DNA of 64,000 nt from an uncultured Planctomycetaceae bacterium. GTDB lineage: Bacteria; Planctomycetota; Planctomycetia; Planctomycetales; Planctomycetaceae. Position 1 is the stretch's first letter. The number at the start of each line of letters is the position of its first letter. The position numbers were made by a program, and so were the translations under genes. Location: positions 224,001 to 288,000 of the forward strand of contig CAWFAK010000012.1 of the NCBI GenBank assembly GCA_963813715.1, in the 5' to 3' direction. Shown here piece by piece: positions 11,237 to 22,505 of this stretch. The notes beneath the pieces were generated by a model. The model had not been told where the DNA came from, did not search any database, and saw only the letters and a program-made list of their open reading frames with translations.

Positions 11237-11524
11237 GGCGTGCTCCCATGCCTTCGCGAGGCCCACAACAAGAATTTGTTAGCGCAGCCTACCACAACGT
11301 CAGCCACTTGTGATTCTCGGACGACAAGGCGGTGATCGTTAAGCGGCGAAAGGCGGCGTCCCCGACCCACCGGCCAACCTCTTTCCACCTCCGAATTCCC
11401 CGGCGTTTTTCCTCGGTGAAGACAACGTGTCCCGTCCCGCATCTTCGCCCCTCGCCAGACCCAGGCGAGCCGATCCGCCGCGGCGGATCAGCTGTCGGGT
11501 GCTTCGGCATCTCCCCCCGCTCTT

Positions 11525-11570
11525 CCCCCTCGCCCGTCCGCTTCGGATGGGAGAGAGTCGGGGTGAGGGG
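11525..11570. repeat. REP-like palindrome (CCCCCTCGCCC...GGGAGAGAGTCGGGGTGAGGGG type)
   Basis: Imperfect hairpin of the 'GGGAGAGGG.GGGGTGAGGG' type common in GC-rich genomes. Confidence 0.65.
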
Positions 11571-11619
11571 CAATTACTCGGGCGTTTCCCGGTGAAACAA
11601 CGTGTCCCGTCCCAGCGTC

Positions 11620-11703
11620 AGTCCAAAGCCCCGCGGTCCAAAGTCCAAAGTCAGGATTGCGAGCCGCTGAATTCTCGACTTTGGACTTTGGACCTTGGAC
11701 TCT
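11620..11703. repeat. Inverted heptamer arrays (GTCCAAA)n / (TTTGGAC)n
   Basis: AGTCCAAAG..GGTCCAAAGTCCAAAGTC followed by GACTTTGGACTTTGGACCTTGGACT. Confidence 0.75.
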
Positions 11704-12178
11704 TTGAATCGGTCCCGTCCCGTTCCAAATCAATCCCGTCCCGATTGCCGGGCCGGATCGCCACTCAACGGATCGACACTGACCGGTGGGACTCTCGTCG
11801 GTGGGTCCACCCCCCTTATATCAATTGTGAGAGTCCCGTCCCGGCGGGACCACTTCTGGCGGACCCGGCGGGTCAACTTGTCCCGTGCGCGGGGATCTTT
11901 TTCTCCCCCTATCCTCTGTGTGAAAAAAGGATCCCCACCCCGCCGGGGATCCTTTTTCGTCCCCGCGGGCGCCATCCGCGCACCAAACCGCTCGCGCCGA
12001 GATCCGCTCTCTCCATTCAGCCACAAAACCGAGATTCGTCCAAGATCAGTTTCCGCGGAATCCGGGATCTGACGCCGCGGATTGACTCACAGGAACGAAG
12101 CGAAGCTTCGAGGAGGTGCGGTCCCCAGCGGAGCTTGGGACCGAGAAAGCCGCTCGTCGCCTCATCCCGCCCCGCTCG

Positions 12179-12562
12179 CTAAACGCCGTGACTCGACGGC
12201 GGCAGCGGACAGACTTCCATGGCTTGGATCAAGCCGTCTTCGATGGTGAAACGGTGGCCAACGTGTTCATCGCCAAGAACGGCCCCGTCCAGGTCGCGCA
12301 CGACTTGATGCACATCGACCAGGATTCGCCCAGCACCCTCTGGATGGAAGGACACTGGCTCGACGTGCGGGTCGATCTCGGACCACTGCTCCGTCCAGTA
12401 AGCTCGGACCTCCTGATGCCCGCGAACGACGCCCCCCTTAAACGCCCGCGGCCATGCCACGTCCGGGGCCATGGTGGCGAAGGCGGCGTCGAAGTCCCGC
12501 GCGTTGAACGCAGCGTACGCCGCGCGGAGCAGTTCGACTTCCGGCGAAGACTGATCTGGCAT
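12179..12562 (-). CDS. SnoaL/NTF2-like family protein
   Basis: 'LRAAYAAFNARD.DAA.A.M.PDV.WP....GG...G..EVR.YW..QW..IDP.VEP...V.V.QVVRDL.G'. Confidence 0.9.
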   Translation of the reverse strand: MPDQSSPEVELLRAAYAAFNARDFDAAFATMAPDVAWPRAFKGGVVRGHQEVRAYWTEQWSEIDPHVEPVSFHPEGAGRILVDVHQVVRDLDGAVLGDEHVGHRFTIEDGLIQAMEVCPLPPSSHGV

Positions 12563-12960
12563 GAAGAACCCCGCTCAGAGGAAAGATTTAGGTTGCCGCA
12601 GGCGGAAGCTGAACCGTGGTTGCGACTGGACCTCCCTTGAGGATCATGTCCTCGAATTGCGCGTCGGGATGAGCGATCTATTTGATGATTGCTCGCCGCA
12701 CAAGCTCTGACGTTCGCTCAGGTCTGAGTCGTCTTTTTCGCCCTCTTTCTCCTGGATCATCTGCGATTCGTGACGATCGGCCGGTTCCCAAACGCCGTGA
12801 GCATGGCACCCGGCGTCATGCCAATCAAGAATGAGTGAGATCGGCGGATAATAAACGCAGGCAGGGGAGCCGCCGATCGCGTCGGAGTCGATTAAGATGA
12901 GTCACCGCCAGCTGAAGCGTCCAAAAACTGCGTGAAGAATCACGGGTTCGGGGGTTAAAA

Positions 12961-13385
12961 ATGACGACTCCGCGCGATGACATGGAACTTGTCTGCAGGA
13001 GTGCCAGCGATTTTGCCATCGAGCAAATCGCCAAACATGGTGACTTCATCCCCTTTGCCGTCGTCATTGACCATGTCGGGGGGGCTTCGTTTCGTGCAGT
13101 TAGGCGAGGATCAGGTCAAAGATGGCGGCGAGCGGAGCTTGACGAAGATTCGTGAATCCTCCGCACCAACGCAAGAAAGGGGCGTACACGGCTACTGCCG
13201 TTGCGTCTGACGTGCGCGTGCGGTTGAACGAAACCGGGAAATAACGGACGCCATTCGAGTCGAAGTCGAGCATGCCAGTGACGAACCGATCACCTGCATG
13301 CTTCCGTACTGCAAAACGGAGAAGGGCTTCGAGCAACGCATAGATCCCTATTTGGAACCAGGAGATCGTACTGTCTTCTCCTGAA
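12961..13385 (+). pseudogene. Fragmented hypothetical gene
   Basis: Protein-like start 'FAIEQIAKHGDFIPFAVVID' breaks into several frames; lower-GC region. Confidence 0.35.
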
Positions 13386-14198
13386 TCTGGAGGCCGCGGG
13401 GGGGCATGCCCCACTGCGCCTGCCATCCATCGCCCTACCACGGGCATGGCCTAGAGATTCAGTTGTATCTCTTGGCAGCTGGAAGGGAGGCGTACACTGG
13501 CCTTCCATCGCGGGCGAACCCCGGCTTCGCCCTCAGGTAGGCCGCGCCCAAGGAGGCGGCACGCGACCATTCCTCCACTGCGATTTGGGCTTTGCGAGCC
13601 TCGATCCGCGACAGGTCGTCCGACACGAACTCTGCAATGATTGGGTGGAACCCCACCCATCGCTCAATCCAGTTGGGTCCAAGAATGAGGTCGCGGCATC
13701 GTACGCCTTCCCGCGCTTGTAGGTGTTCACTGTTAGGAGTCGCGAGCCGCGAGCGAGGCCGTAGGTCGCATAAATTCATCCGGGAATGAGGAATACAGCG
13801 ACGCAGTCCAATTCGTCGGTGTAAGCCGCGATGAGCAGAGGCGAGGTGCTGACGACAACGGCAGCTCTGCTATCCCCACACTGGAGCTGTTCTCGAATGT
13901 AGGTCAATTGCGGAAACTTGGATGAGGACCGTAGCCGCCGGAGGGCAGCGCAGAATCCAACAAGTCCGGTCGTAGAAGCTTGAGCTTGGCACGCGATAGG
14001 TTGATCTGGCCGGGGTCCGTCGCCCGCGTCGTGTCGTCAAGCGTTCGCGTTCGTACTGGCTTAGGCATGCGTCTTCCGGTTGTCTCAGCCCGTCGTTTCG
14101 CCGACGGGGCTGGCGGCAAGTCACGTCCAATGCATAGCCAACGCGTAACGACGCGTGTTTCGCAATCTCGGGGCGGTGCCGGATCGCGTCGGCTCTGG

Positions 14199-14729
14199 CT
14201 ATGGCTGCACTCGCACGTGGAAACCGGCGGCGTTAAGCGACTTCACGAGTTCAGCTCCGTCGAAGTTGCCGGTCACCGTCACTGTTTCCGTGTGGGGTTT
14301 CGCGGTGTCGGCTGTGACGCCGTCGACTTTCTTGATCGCGTCCTCGATGGCCGCGTTGCAAGAGCCGCAGCAGTTGTGAATCCCCGTGAGCGTCAGGCTG
14401 GTGACTTTGCCGGCGGCGACTCCGCTGTCTTCCTTGATCTTCAGCGTGCTGTTGCCGGTGTCGCCGTGGAAGCCCTTGGCCGCCAACGCGTCGAGGGCCT
14501 TCTGGGCGGTGGCGTCGTCCGGAGCGTCAATGGTCACGGTGCCTTTCTTTTGATCGCACGTGGCTTTGGCTCCGTCGACCTTACGGACGGCCGACTTCGC
14601 CGCCGCGACACACTTCCCACAGCACAGGTGAACTCCCTTCAGCTCAATTTTCGTCTCGGCTCGCGCGCTCAGCGCGGGAACGAGTAGGACGCTCAGACTG
14701 GCGAACACGATTGCTCGTAAGCCTCGCAT
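14199..14729 (-). CDS. Exported tandem heavy-metal-associated (HMA) domain protein
   Basis: Signal peptide ending SARA; two repeats 'L.G.H.CCGxC..A...A..KVDG......TVT'. Confidence 0.85.
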   Translation of the reverse strand: MRGLRAIVFASLSVLLVPALSARAETKIELKGVHLCCGKCVAAAKSAVRKVDGAKATCDQKKGTVTIDAPDDATAQKALDALAAKGFHGDTGNSTLKIKEDSGVAAGKVTSLTLTGIHNCCGSCNAAIEDAIKKVDGVTADTAKPHTETVTVTGNFDGAELVKSLNAAGFHVRVQP

Positions 14730-14830
14730 GTGGATTCTCCCTGTTGCGAAAATGATGAAGGGCTGAAAAACTCGCGTCTCGGCGAATTGTCTCCGTTGAC
14801 GGGCCAAAATGCCAGGAGTGCTCACGCGGT

Positions 14831-14926
14831 GTGGCACGCCCTGCTCAGGGCGTGGCCGGGCCCCGACATCTCGCATCAATTCCGGAGAACGCCCACCACG
14901 CCGTTTCTATCGTCAGGGCGTGCCAC
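14831..14926. repeat. REP-like inverted pair GTGGCACGCCCTG / CAGGGCGTGCCAC
   Basis: 13-bp perfect inverted repeats at 14831-14843 and 14914-14926. Confidence 0.7.
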
Positions 14927-15164
14927 CCGACCGCTGACGGCTCGCCGGGCGTCGTGAGTAACGGCTTGAGATCTTCAAAACCCCTTGGCACGGCTGATCT
15001 TGCTGATTTTTGCCGTTGGCGGGTACCATTCAGAAATCGCGCGCCGCGGGTCGGCTCGTCCTTATATAAGGGCTTGGCCGCGGGCGGATTGCGTCGGGGC
15101 GGCGAAAGCCAACGGCCCGAACAAAGCTCCGCTGACTTCGTGCGCGCTTCTGGAGAGGTTTGGC

Positions 15165-18100
15165 ATGCTGGCAGGTCAGAGCGTGGGTGCTCGGCCCGGA
15201 TGGCTGGGACGCTTTTTTGGCGTGTCGACCTGCGCTGCGCTGGCCTTGCTCGTCGTCGCTCCGGCCGCCCGTTCGCAGGATCAGCCGCAGACGCAGGCTG
15301 GTTCCCAGAATCAGCCGACGACTGACAATGCGGGTCAGCCTGATAGGCCGAATGCCGGCGATGCCGCGCGGCCGTCCGAATCGAAAGCCGGCCCCGCCCA
15401 AAACGGCCAGTCGCAAACCGTCCCCGAAGAGTATCGCTTCGCGGCCGGGCTCTATCGGCAGCAGCGTTGGGACCTGGCGGCGGATGCGTTTCGCAAGTTC
15501 ATCAAGAATCATCCCGATCACGAACGCGTCCCCTACGCGCGGCTCTACTTGGGGCTGACGCTGGTCAATGCTGACAAGTATGCCGATGCTCGCGACGTGC
15601 TGCGGGCCTATGTTCGCGATTATCCGCAGAGCAAGAGTCTGCCCGACGCGCTCTATCGGGCCGGCGAGTGCAGTTACCTGCTCGATGATTTGAAATCGGC
15701 CGATCGCGAGCTGGGCCGCTTCGTGAAGGATTATCCGCGACACGAGCTGGTCGAGTGGGCCCTGCCCTACCTGGGCGACAGCAAGCTGCGATTGAAAGAG
15801 CCGGCGGCCGCCCGCGACTCGTTCAAAACGGCGCTCGAACAGTTTCCTCGCAGCCGGCTGGCCGACGATTCCAAGTTCGGCCTGGGGCGGGCGTATGAAG
15901 AGCTGCATCAGGATCGCTCGGCCGCCGAGATGTACGAGCAGCTGGCCGAAGACAAAAACGGCCCGCGGGCTCCGCAGGCGCTGATGAACCTGGCGACCAT
16001 TCGTTTCCGCGGCGGGAAATTTGAAGAGGCGTCGCAAACATTCCTGCGGTTGCCGGCGGATTTTCCCAAATCGTCGCTGGTCGGCGCGGCTCATCTGAAC
16101 GCGGGCTTCGCGCTCTACGAATTGGCGCGCTATCAGCGGGCGATGGAAGAATTCGACCTCGCGGGCGCGGACAAGCGGCACGCCGTCGCCGCCGGGTATT
16201 GGAAGGGGCTGAGCGAAAGGCGCTGGGCGATTATCCGCAGGCCCTCGGCCGGCTGAAGGCGACGTACGACGCCGACCCCAAGGGGCCGCTCGCCGAGGGA
16301 GCCCATTATTATTGGGCAGAATGCGAGCTACGCACCGGCCACTTCGACAAGGCCAAGCAACTCTTTCTGGAGGGCGTCGACAAATTTCCCAAGGGAGACC
16401 TGGCCGACGACGGGCTGCACTTTGCCGGCGAAGCGGCCATGCTCGCCGGTGCGATCGATGAAGCCAAGAAGATCGTCGCCCGCTTCGAGAAGGAGCATCC
16501 CCAGAGTCCGCTCCGCCTGCATGAGCAGATTCTCCGGGCTCGCGTGCTGAATGCCGAGGCGAGTGCGCTCCTCAAAGACGCGAATCGTCCCGATCGTCCG
16601 CTCAACGTCGCCAAGGCGGAGCAGGAACGCCGCGACGCCATCACGCTGCTCGAAAAGGTGATGGCCGAAAGCCATCTGCCGCGCACGGTGGCCCTCGCGC
16701 GATTCCATCTCGGTCGCACGCTGGAAGACGCCGGCGATTTTTCGAAAGCCGTCGATGTGCTGGCACCGCTGGCCAGTCAGGCCGACCAGCCGAAGGCGTC
16801 GTCCGAGGCGGTCGACGCGCTCGCGCTCTCGGGGCATGCGCTGGTGGCGGTCGGCAAGTTCGAGCCGGCTGTGGCGCCGCTGTCGAAGTATCTCACGATG
16901 CGACCCAAAGGCTCGCTGGCCGAACGCGCGCTGGCCGACCGAGCCGTCGCCCACACGCGACTGGGCAAACTCGACGACGCGAACGCCGACGTCACCCAGC
17001 TCGTTGGCACTTTTCCGCACAATCCGGCGACGGCCGAAACGCTCCGCCGGCTGGCCGAGCTGTCCTACGATGCCCGCGATTTCAAAACGTCCCGCGACCG
17101 TTTCGCCAGGCTGGCCGACCTGGGCGAGCCGAAGACCGAAGTGCGTCGCATGGGTTTGTCGGGAGTCGGCTGGTCGCAGTATGAGTTGAACGCCTTCGAT
17201 CAGTCGGCGGCCGCCTTCGGCGAAGTCTTTGACAAGTTTTCGCCCGAGATTCTGCAAGTGGCCGAGGCGGGCTTCATGCGCGGGCGAGCCCTGCAAAAGG
17301 CCGGCAAGCTGGCCGACGCGGCGCACGCTTACACGCAAGCGTTCGAGAAACTCGCGCCGGCCGGTGCGGCTCGGCCGGGCGAGGAATCGCACGGTCCGAC
17401 GCAGTATGGCTTTTTTGCCGGCATGCAGGCGGCCAACTTGCTCGCGCAGCTGAAGCGTTACGAGGACGCCGATGCCGCCTATCAGCGCGTCGCCGAGCAT
17501 TATCCCAAGGCCGACAAGCTGGCCGACGTGCTCTTCGACTGGGCCAACGTGCTGTACGTCGCCAAGAAGGACGCGCCGCAGAGGCAGCGAATCCGCGACC
17601 TGCTCTCCCGCATCGAACGTGAGTTTCCGGCGAGTGCCGCGCAGCCGAAGGCGCGGCTCTTTCTGGCCGAGCTCGACGCGCAGGGCGGGCAGGCGGCCTC
17701 CGCGGACAAGATGCTCCGCGGGCTGGTCTCCGACAACGCGGCCGACGCCAAGACGCGGGAAGACGCGCTGGCCCGGCTCGTCACGCTGGCTTCCGAGAAG
17801 CAACAGTGGAAGACGGTCCGCGAGCTGTCGCAGAAGTATCTCACCGAATTCCCAAAGGGGCCCGACGTGCGCGTCGTGCGACTGCAGGGGGCCTCGGCCG
17901 ATCTGCGTTTGAACGACGCGCCGGCCGCCGAAAAGACGCTCGCCGACTTGTTGCGCGAACTCAAGGCGGACGGCGGCCAGGCCGCGCCCTGGTGGCCCAA
18001 CGTCTGGATCCTGCTCGCCGAATCGCAGTATCAGCAGCGCAAGTACGACGAGGTCGAAGCCACCGTCCAGGATCTGCACAACTCGCATGCCCGATTCGCC

Positions 18101-18500
18101 CCTCATGCCGCAGGCGGACGAAGTGCTGGGCCGCAGCTTCAAGAACCGCACGCAATGGGACAAGGCGACCGCCGCATTTCAGAAGGCCATCGACGGCTCG
18201 CACGGCGAGCAGAACGACACGGCCGCCAAGAGCCAACTGATGATCGCCGAAATCCGCTTCCTGCAAAAGGACTTCCGGCACGCCAAGGAAGAGTATTTGA
18301 AGGTCAGCACGCTCTACGATCGGCTGCCCGAATGGGCGGCTCCGGCGCTGTTTCAGGTCGGTCAGTGCGAGGAAGAGTTGCAGCAGACGCGCGACGCGGA
18401 AAAGACCTATACTCAGCTCATCGCCAGCTTTCCCCGCAGCGATTTCGCCAAGGACGCCCGAAAGCGGTTGGACGAGCTTCACAAACGGCCGGCAGGTTGA
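15165..18500 (+). CDS. Large exported tetratricopeptide-repeat protein (CpoB/BamD-like TPRs); frameshifts near 16215 and 18085
   Basis: Signal peptide and repeated 'A.Y.LG....L.....A...F......P.S..A..A' units across three consecutive ORFs. Confidence 0.85.
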
Positions 18501-18509
18501 GGATCCCCG

Positions 18510-19645
18510 ATGGCCAATTTCACTCGCTTTCGCCGCACAGCCCCCGCGGGACGGATTGCCGGCGGTTCACCGCAACCGCCACGTCGCCGGCGCGGCAGCT
18601 GGCAGGTGATGGCGCTCGTCATGCGACTGGCCGTGGTCGTCTTCGCGGTGGTCGTCTGCCTGACGAAGTGGGGACCCGCGCAAGAACGCTCGCCTAAATC
18701 GGGCCCTGCGACTCCCGCTCCCGCCGTCGCCTCGCCGTCGTCTCCGGCAGCAGCATCGGCCAAGGCCCCGTCGACAACTCCGCTCCGATGCCCGCTCCGC
18801 CCGAAGCCAACGTGCCTGTCCGCACGGCCAGCGAGTCTGCGTCCGCCCCGGCACCGTTCGACGCGCCCGCAAAAGGCGAGACGCCGGCCGCCGGCGCGAC
18901 CGCGAAACCGGCCAAGGCCCATCGCAGCATTCCCACCCGACCGCTCGAAATCATCGAAGCGCTCGGCGTGCCGTTCATCCTCGCCTTCGGTATCTGCTCG
19001 GTGATCACCGTCTGGTTCTCGATCGAGCGGCTGGTCGTGCTCCGCCGCGGCCGCGTGATTCCCCGGCCGTTCGTCGAACGCTTCCTGCAAAACCTGGAAC
19101 AGGGCAATCTCGATCAGGAAGAGGCGCTGCGGCTGTGCGACGAAAACGGCAGCCCCATCGCCCAGATTTTCGCTCACGGCGTCCGCAAATGGGGTAAGTC
19201 GAGCGTCGAAGTCGAGCAGGCCATCATCGACGGCGGCGAGCGCCAAGTCAGCCAACTGCGGGCCCACCTCCGCGTACTCAACGCCGTCTCGACAATCACG
19301 CCCTTGATCGGACTGCTGGGCACCGTGATCGGCATGATCCAGTGCTTCAACGACATCGCCGCATCGCAGGGCATGGGCAAGGCCGACCAGCTGGCCGGCG
19401 GCATCGGCATCGCGCTCTTGGCGACGGCGGCCGGACTGGCCGTCGCGATCCCGTCGCTGACGATGTACCAATTCCTCTCAGGCCGCCTCGACTCGCTGAC
19501 GGTCGATCTCGACCTGCTCTCGCAAAACGTCGTCCATCTCGTCTCGGCCGAGGCACTTTCGGAAGGCGGCCACCTGGCCGCCCGCGCCAAGCCCCGCCGC
19601 CCGGCCGCAGCCGCCGCCGAGTCGAAGGAACGTAAGGCGGTTTGA
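18510..19645 (+). CDS. MotA/TolQ/ExbB proton-channel family protein with Pro/Ala-rich N-terminus; frameshift near 18785, start uncertain
   Basis: '[19 protein letters not shown].......LAGGI..AL.ATAAGL.VAIP'. Confidence 0.9.
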
Positions 19646-19662
19646 TCGCCGGCTTGCGCGAT

Positions 19663-19971
19663 TCACGAACTCCGGTCGAGCCAGTAGTTCGGCTCCCGAC
19701 TGGTATGAGTCACGGCGACGACGAGCACTTCGTCGCTGAAGATTTCAAACACGACCGCATAGCGAAAAAACGAGAGCAATGCGCGACGGTAGGGAGCATG
19801 ATCAGGCAGCGTTTCGACTTTAGAGAAGCTGTCCGGGCGCTCGGCGACCGTCTCTAGTGTCTCCTCGAGATCGGCGATAAAGCGATCGCCAAGATGAGAC
19901 GCTTTCTCGGTCAAATAGTGACGAGCCGATTCGATCTCGACTTCTGCCTCCGCCAGAATGCGGAGGTTCAC
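19663..19971 (-). CDS. Type II toxin, RelE/ParE family
   Basis: 'AE.EIESA..Y......LG.RF...L......A.RP......YRR..L..F.YAVVF......LVVAV.H.SREP.YW'. Confidence 0.88.
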   Translation of the reverse strand: MNLRILAEAEVEIESARHYLTEKASHLGDRFIADLEETLETVAERPDSFSKVETLPDHAPYRRALLSFFRYAVVFEIFSDEVLVVAVTHTSREPNYWLDRSS

Positions 19972-20210
19972 TTAGCTGCCCCGGCCGCTTGGCGTCGTCG
20001 CAGATCGGCTAGGACGTCGGCCGCCGGCCTGGCGCTGGTCGTTCCGGCGCGGCACGCGGCCGACCGTCGCTGAAGTTCGGCGAGAAGGGCTTCGCCCGAG
20101 ATCGCATCGCCAGCCTCGGAGAGGCTCTGCTCGAGCACGGTCGCGACGTAAGCGCGGTCGTCCGCCGGCAATGCCAACGCTTGTTGCAGGATCATCTCGC
20201 GATCGGACAT
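19968..20210 (-). CDS. Addiction-module antitoxin (putative)
   Basis: '[19 protein letters not shown]......EL.RR..A.R.G......A.DV'; 4-bp overlap upstream of the toxin. Confidence 0.85.
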   Translation of the reverse strand: MSDREMILQQALALPADDRAYVATVLEQSLSEAGDAISGEALLAELQRRSAACRAGTTSARPAADVLADLRRRQAAGAAK

Positions 20211-20404
20211 TTACTCTCCTCAGGGCAGTTCACCCTATTCTCTCACGCGGGAAGCCATCCGTCGACTGGATTTCCGCGGAAGGAGCGTTTCATCACAGAT
20301 GGGGGGCGGACAGCGAAAAGTCCCGTTCTCAGAGGGGGCGGAACTTGCGAGAATTCGCCCGCGTGGCGGACAGTCGGTTCGCCGTGCTGGGAGAACCGGC
20401 TGCG

Positions 20405-21678
20405 ATGCAGGTTGATGTGTTGATCTTTGGCGGCGGGGCCGCGGGGCTGTGGTTGCTCGACGAGCTTGCGCGTCGCGGCGACCGGGTCTTGTTGTTGGAA
20501 GCCGCGCGGCTGGGAGCGGGGCAGACGATCGCCTCGCAGGGCATCATTCACGGCGGGCTCAAATACACACTGCAAGGTGCGCTCACGCCGTCGGCCGTGC
20601 AAATTCGCGAGATGCCCGGGCTCTGGCGGGACTGTTTGGCCGGCCGCCGGCTGCCCGATCTGCGCAACGTGCGGCTGCGGGCCGCCTGCTTGTCATTTGT
20701 GGCGGACCGATTCGCTCGGTTCGCGGCTGGGGATGATCGGGGCCCGCGTCGGCCTGCGGGTCGCCCCTCAAGTCGTCTCCGCTGACGAACGGCCAAGTGC
20801 TTTGGCCGGCTGCCCGGGCACCGTCGCGCGGCTCGATGAGCCGGTGCTGGCGCCCGAGTCGCTGCTGGCGGCGCTGGTCGCCGGGAACGCGCGGCGCGTG
20901 CTTCAGATCGATCAGTCGACGCTCGAGATCGATCGCGCGGCCGGCACCGTCCGTCGCGTGCAACTGACCGACCCCGCGACGGGTCGCCGGTTGCACATCG
21001 AGCCGCGGCACGTCGTGCTGACCGCCGGGCGGGGCAATGCCGACCTGCGAGCCCGCGCGGGCTTGCCGGCCACCGTGATGCAGACGCGGCCCTTGCACAT
21101 GGTGCTCGTGCGGGGGGACCTGCCGCACTTGAACGGACACTGCGTCGACGGTCGGACGACGCGGGTCACCATCACGTCCGACACCGAGAGATCGGACACG
21201 GCCGCAGCGATGCGCCGGCCGCACCGTCTGGCAAGTCGGCGGACAGATTGCCGAGATCGGCGTCGCGCTCGATCGAGCGCTCGCTCTTGCGCGGGCCGCG
21301 GACGAGCTGGCGGCCGTAATCCCCGGACTCGATTTCGAGCGCGTCGAATGGGCCAGCTATCGCGTCGATCGGGCCGAACAGACGGCTCCCGGCGGCAAGC
21401 GGCCGGAAACCGCCGGCATCCTCCGCGAGGGAAACGTCATCACCGCCTGGCCGACCAAGCTGGCTCTCGTGCCCTGCCTGGCCGAGCGGATCTTGGAGCT
21501 GCTGCCTGCCGCGGCGACGGGATCGGCAACTGCAGGCCCGGCGACCGAGGGCTCAGCGGACGACGCCGAGATCGGCGACGAGTGGCCTCGCGCGACGATT
21601 GCCGCGCTGCCCTGGGAAGTCTCTCGCACGTGGTATGCGACCCGCGACTTGCCGCGGGCGGCGCGTCACGCTGCCTAA
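20405..21678 (+). CDS. FAD-dependent oxidoreductase (DAO-like); frameshifts near 20690 and 21210
   Basis: '[13 protein letters not shown]', '[16 protein letters not shown]', 'MQTRPLHMV', 'WPTKLAL.P'. Confidence 0.85.
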
Positions 21679-21691
21679 GGAAGGCGCGCCG

Positions 21692-22471
21692 ATGACACTC
21701 GCCCTCCGCCCGCTCGGCCGCACCGGGTTTGCGGTCTCACCGATCGGCTTCGGCGCGTTCAAGATCGGCCGCAATCAGAAGACGAAGTACTCCACCGCGT
21801 ACGATCTGCCGAGCGATGACCAGGTGAGCGCGCTCCTCGACGGCCTGCTCGAGCTGGGGATCAACTACATCGACACCGCGCCAGCCTACGGCACGAGCGA
21901 GGAACGGATCGGCCGCGCGATTTCGCGGCGCCGCGCGGAATTCGTGCTGGCCACCAAGGTCGGCGAAACGTTCGAGGCGGGCGCCTCGGCCTACGACTTT
22001 TCCGGCCCGGCCGTGCGGCACAGCGTCGAGCGCAGCCTGAAGCGATTAAAGACCGACGTCATCGACGTCTTATTACTGCACTCCGACGGCCGCGACGCCT
22101 GGATTCAGACCGAAACCGACGCCGTCGCGACGCTACAGGATCTCAAGCGACAAGGGCTCGCGCGGGCGATCGGCCTCTCGGGAAAAACGGTCGAAGGCGC
22201 GCGGCAAGCGCTCGACTGGGCCGACGTATTGATGGTCGAGTACCACCTCCGCGACCGCTCGCACGAACCGCTGATCGTCGAAGCCGCGGCGCGGGGCGTC
22301 GGACTCGTCGTCAAGAAAGGCCTCGCCTCCGGCGAGCTGCCGGCCGACGAAGCGATTCGCTTTGTGGTCGCCAGCCCACACGTAGCCTCGCTGGTGATCG
22401 GTGGCCTGAGCCTCGAGCATTTCCGCGCGAATCTGGCAGCGGCTCAGGACGCGGCCAAGATCCGCGACTGA
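21692..22471 (+). CDS. Aldo/keto reductase
   Basis: 'RPLGRTG..VS.IGFG', '[14 protein letters not shown]', 'ATKVG', '[13 protein letters not shown]'. Confidence 0.95.
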   Translation: MTLALRPLGRTGFAVSPIGFGAFKIGRNQKTKYSTAYDLPSDDQVSALLDGLLELGINYIDTAPAYGTSEERIGRAISRRRAEFVLATKVGETFEAGASAYDFSGPAVRHSVERSLKRLKTDVIDVLLLHSDGRDAWIQTETDAVATLQDLKRQGLARAIGLSGKTVEGARQALDWADVLMVEYHLRDRSHEPLIVEAAARGVGLVVKKGLASGELPADEAIRFVVASPHVASLVIGGLSLEHFRANLAAAQDAAKIRD

Positions 22472-22505
22472 GGCCGGCGTTGTTGCGGACGGTGCGGCCG
22501 ACGTC

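Noticed and set aside
10167..11960. CRISPR array
   Set aside because: Repeats are irregularly spaced, partly inverted and palindromic, with no constant repeat-spacer period and no cas genes
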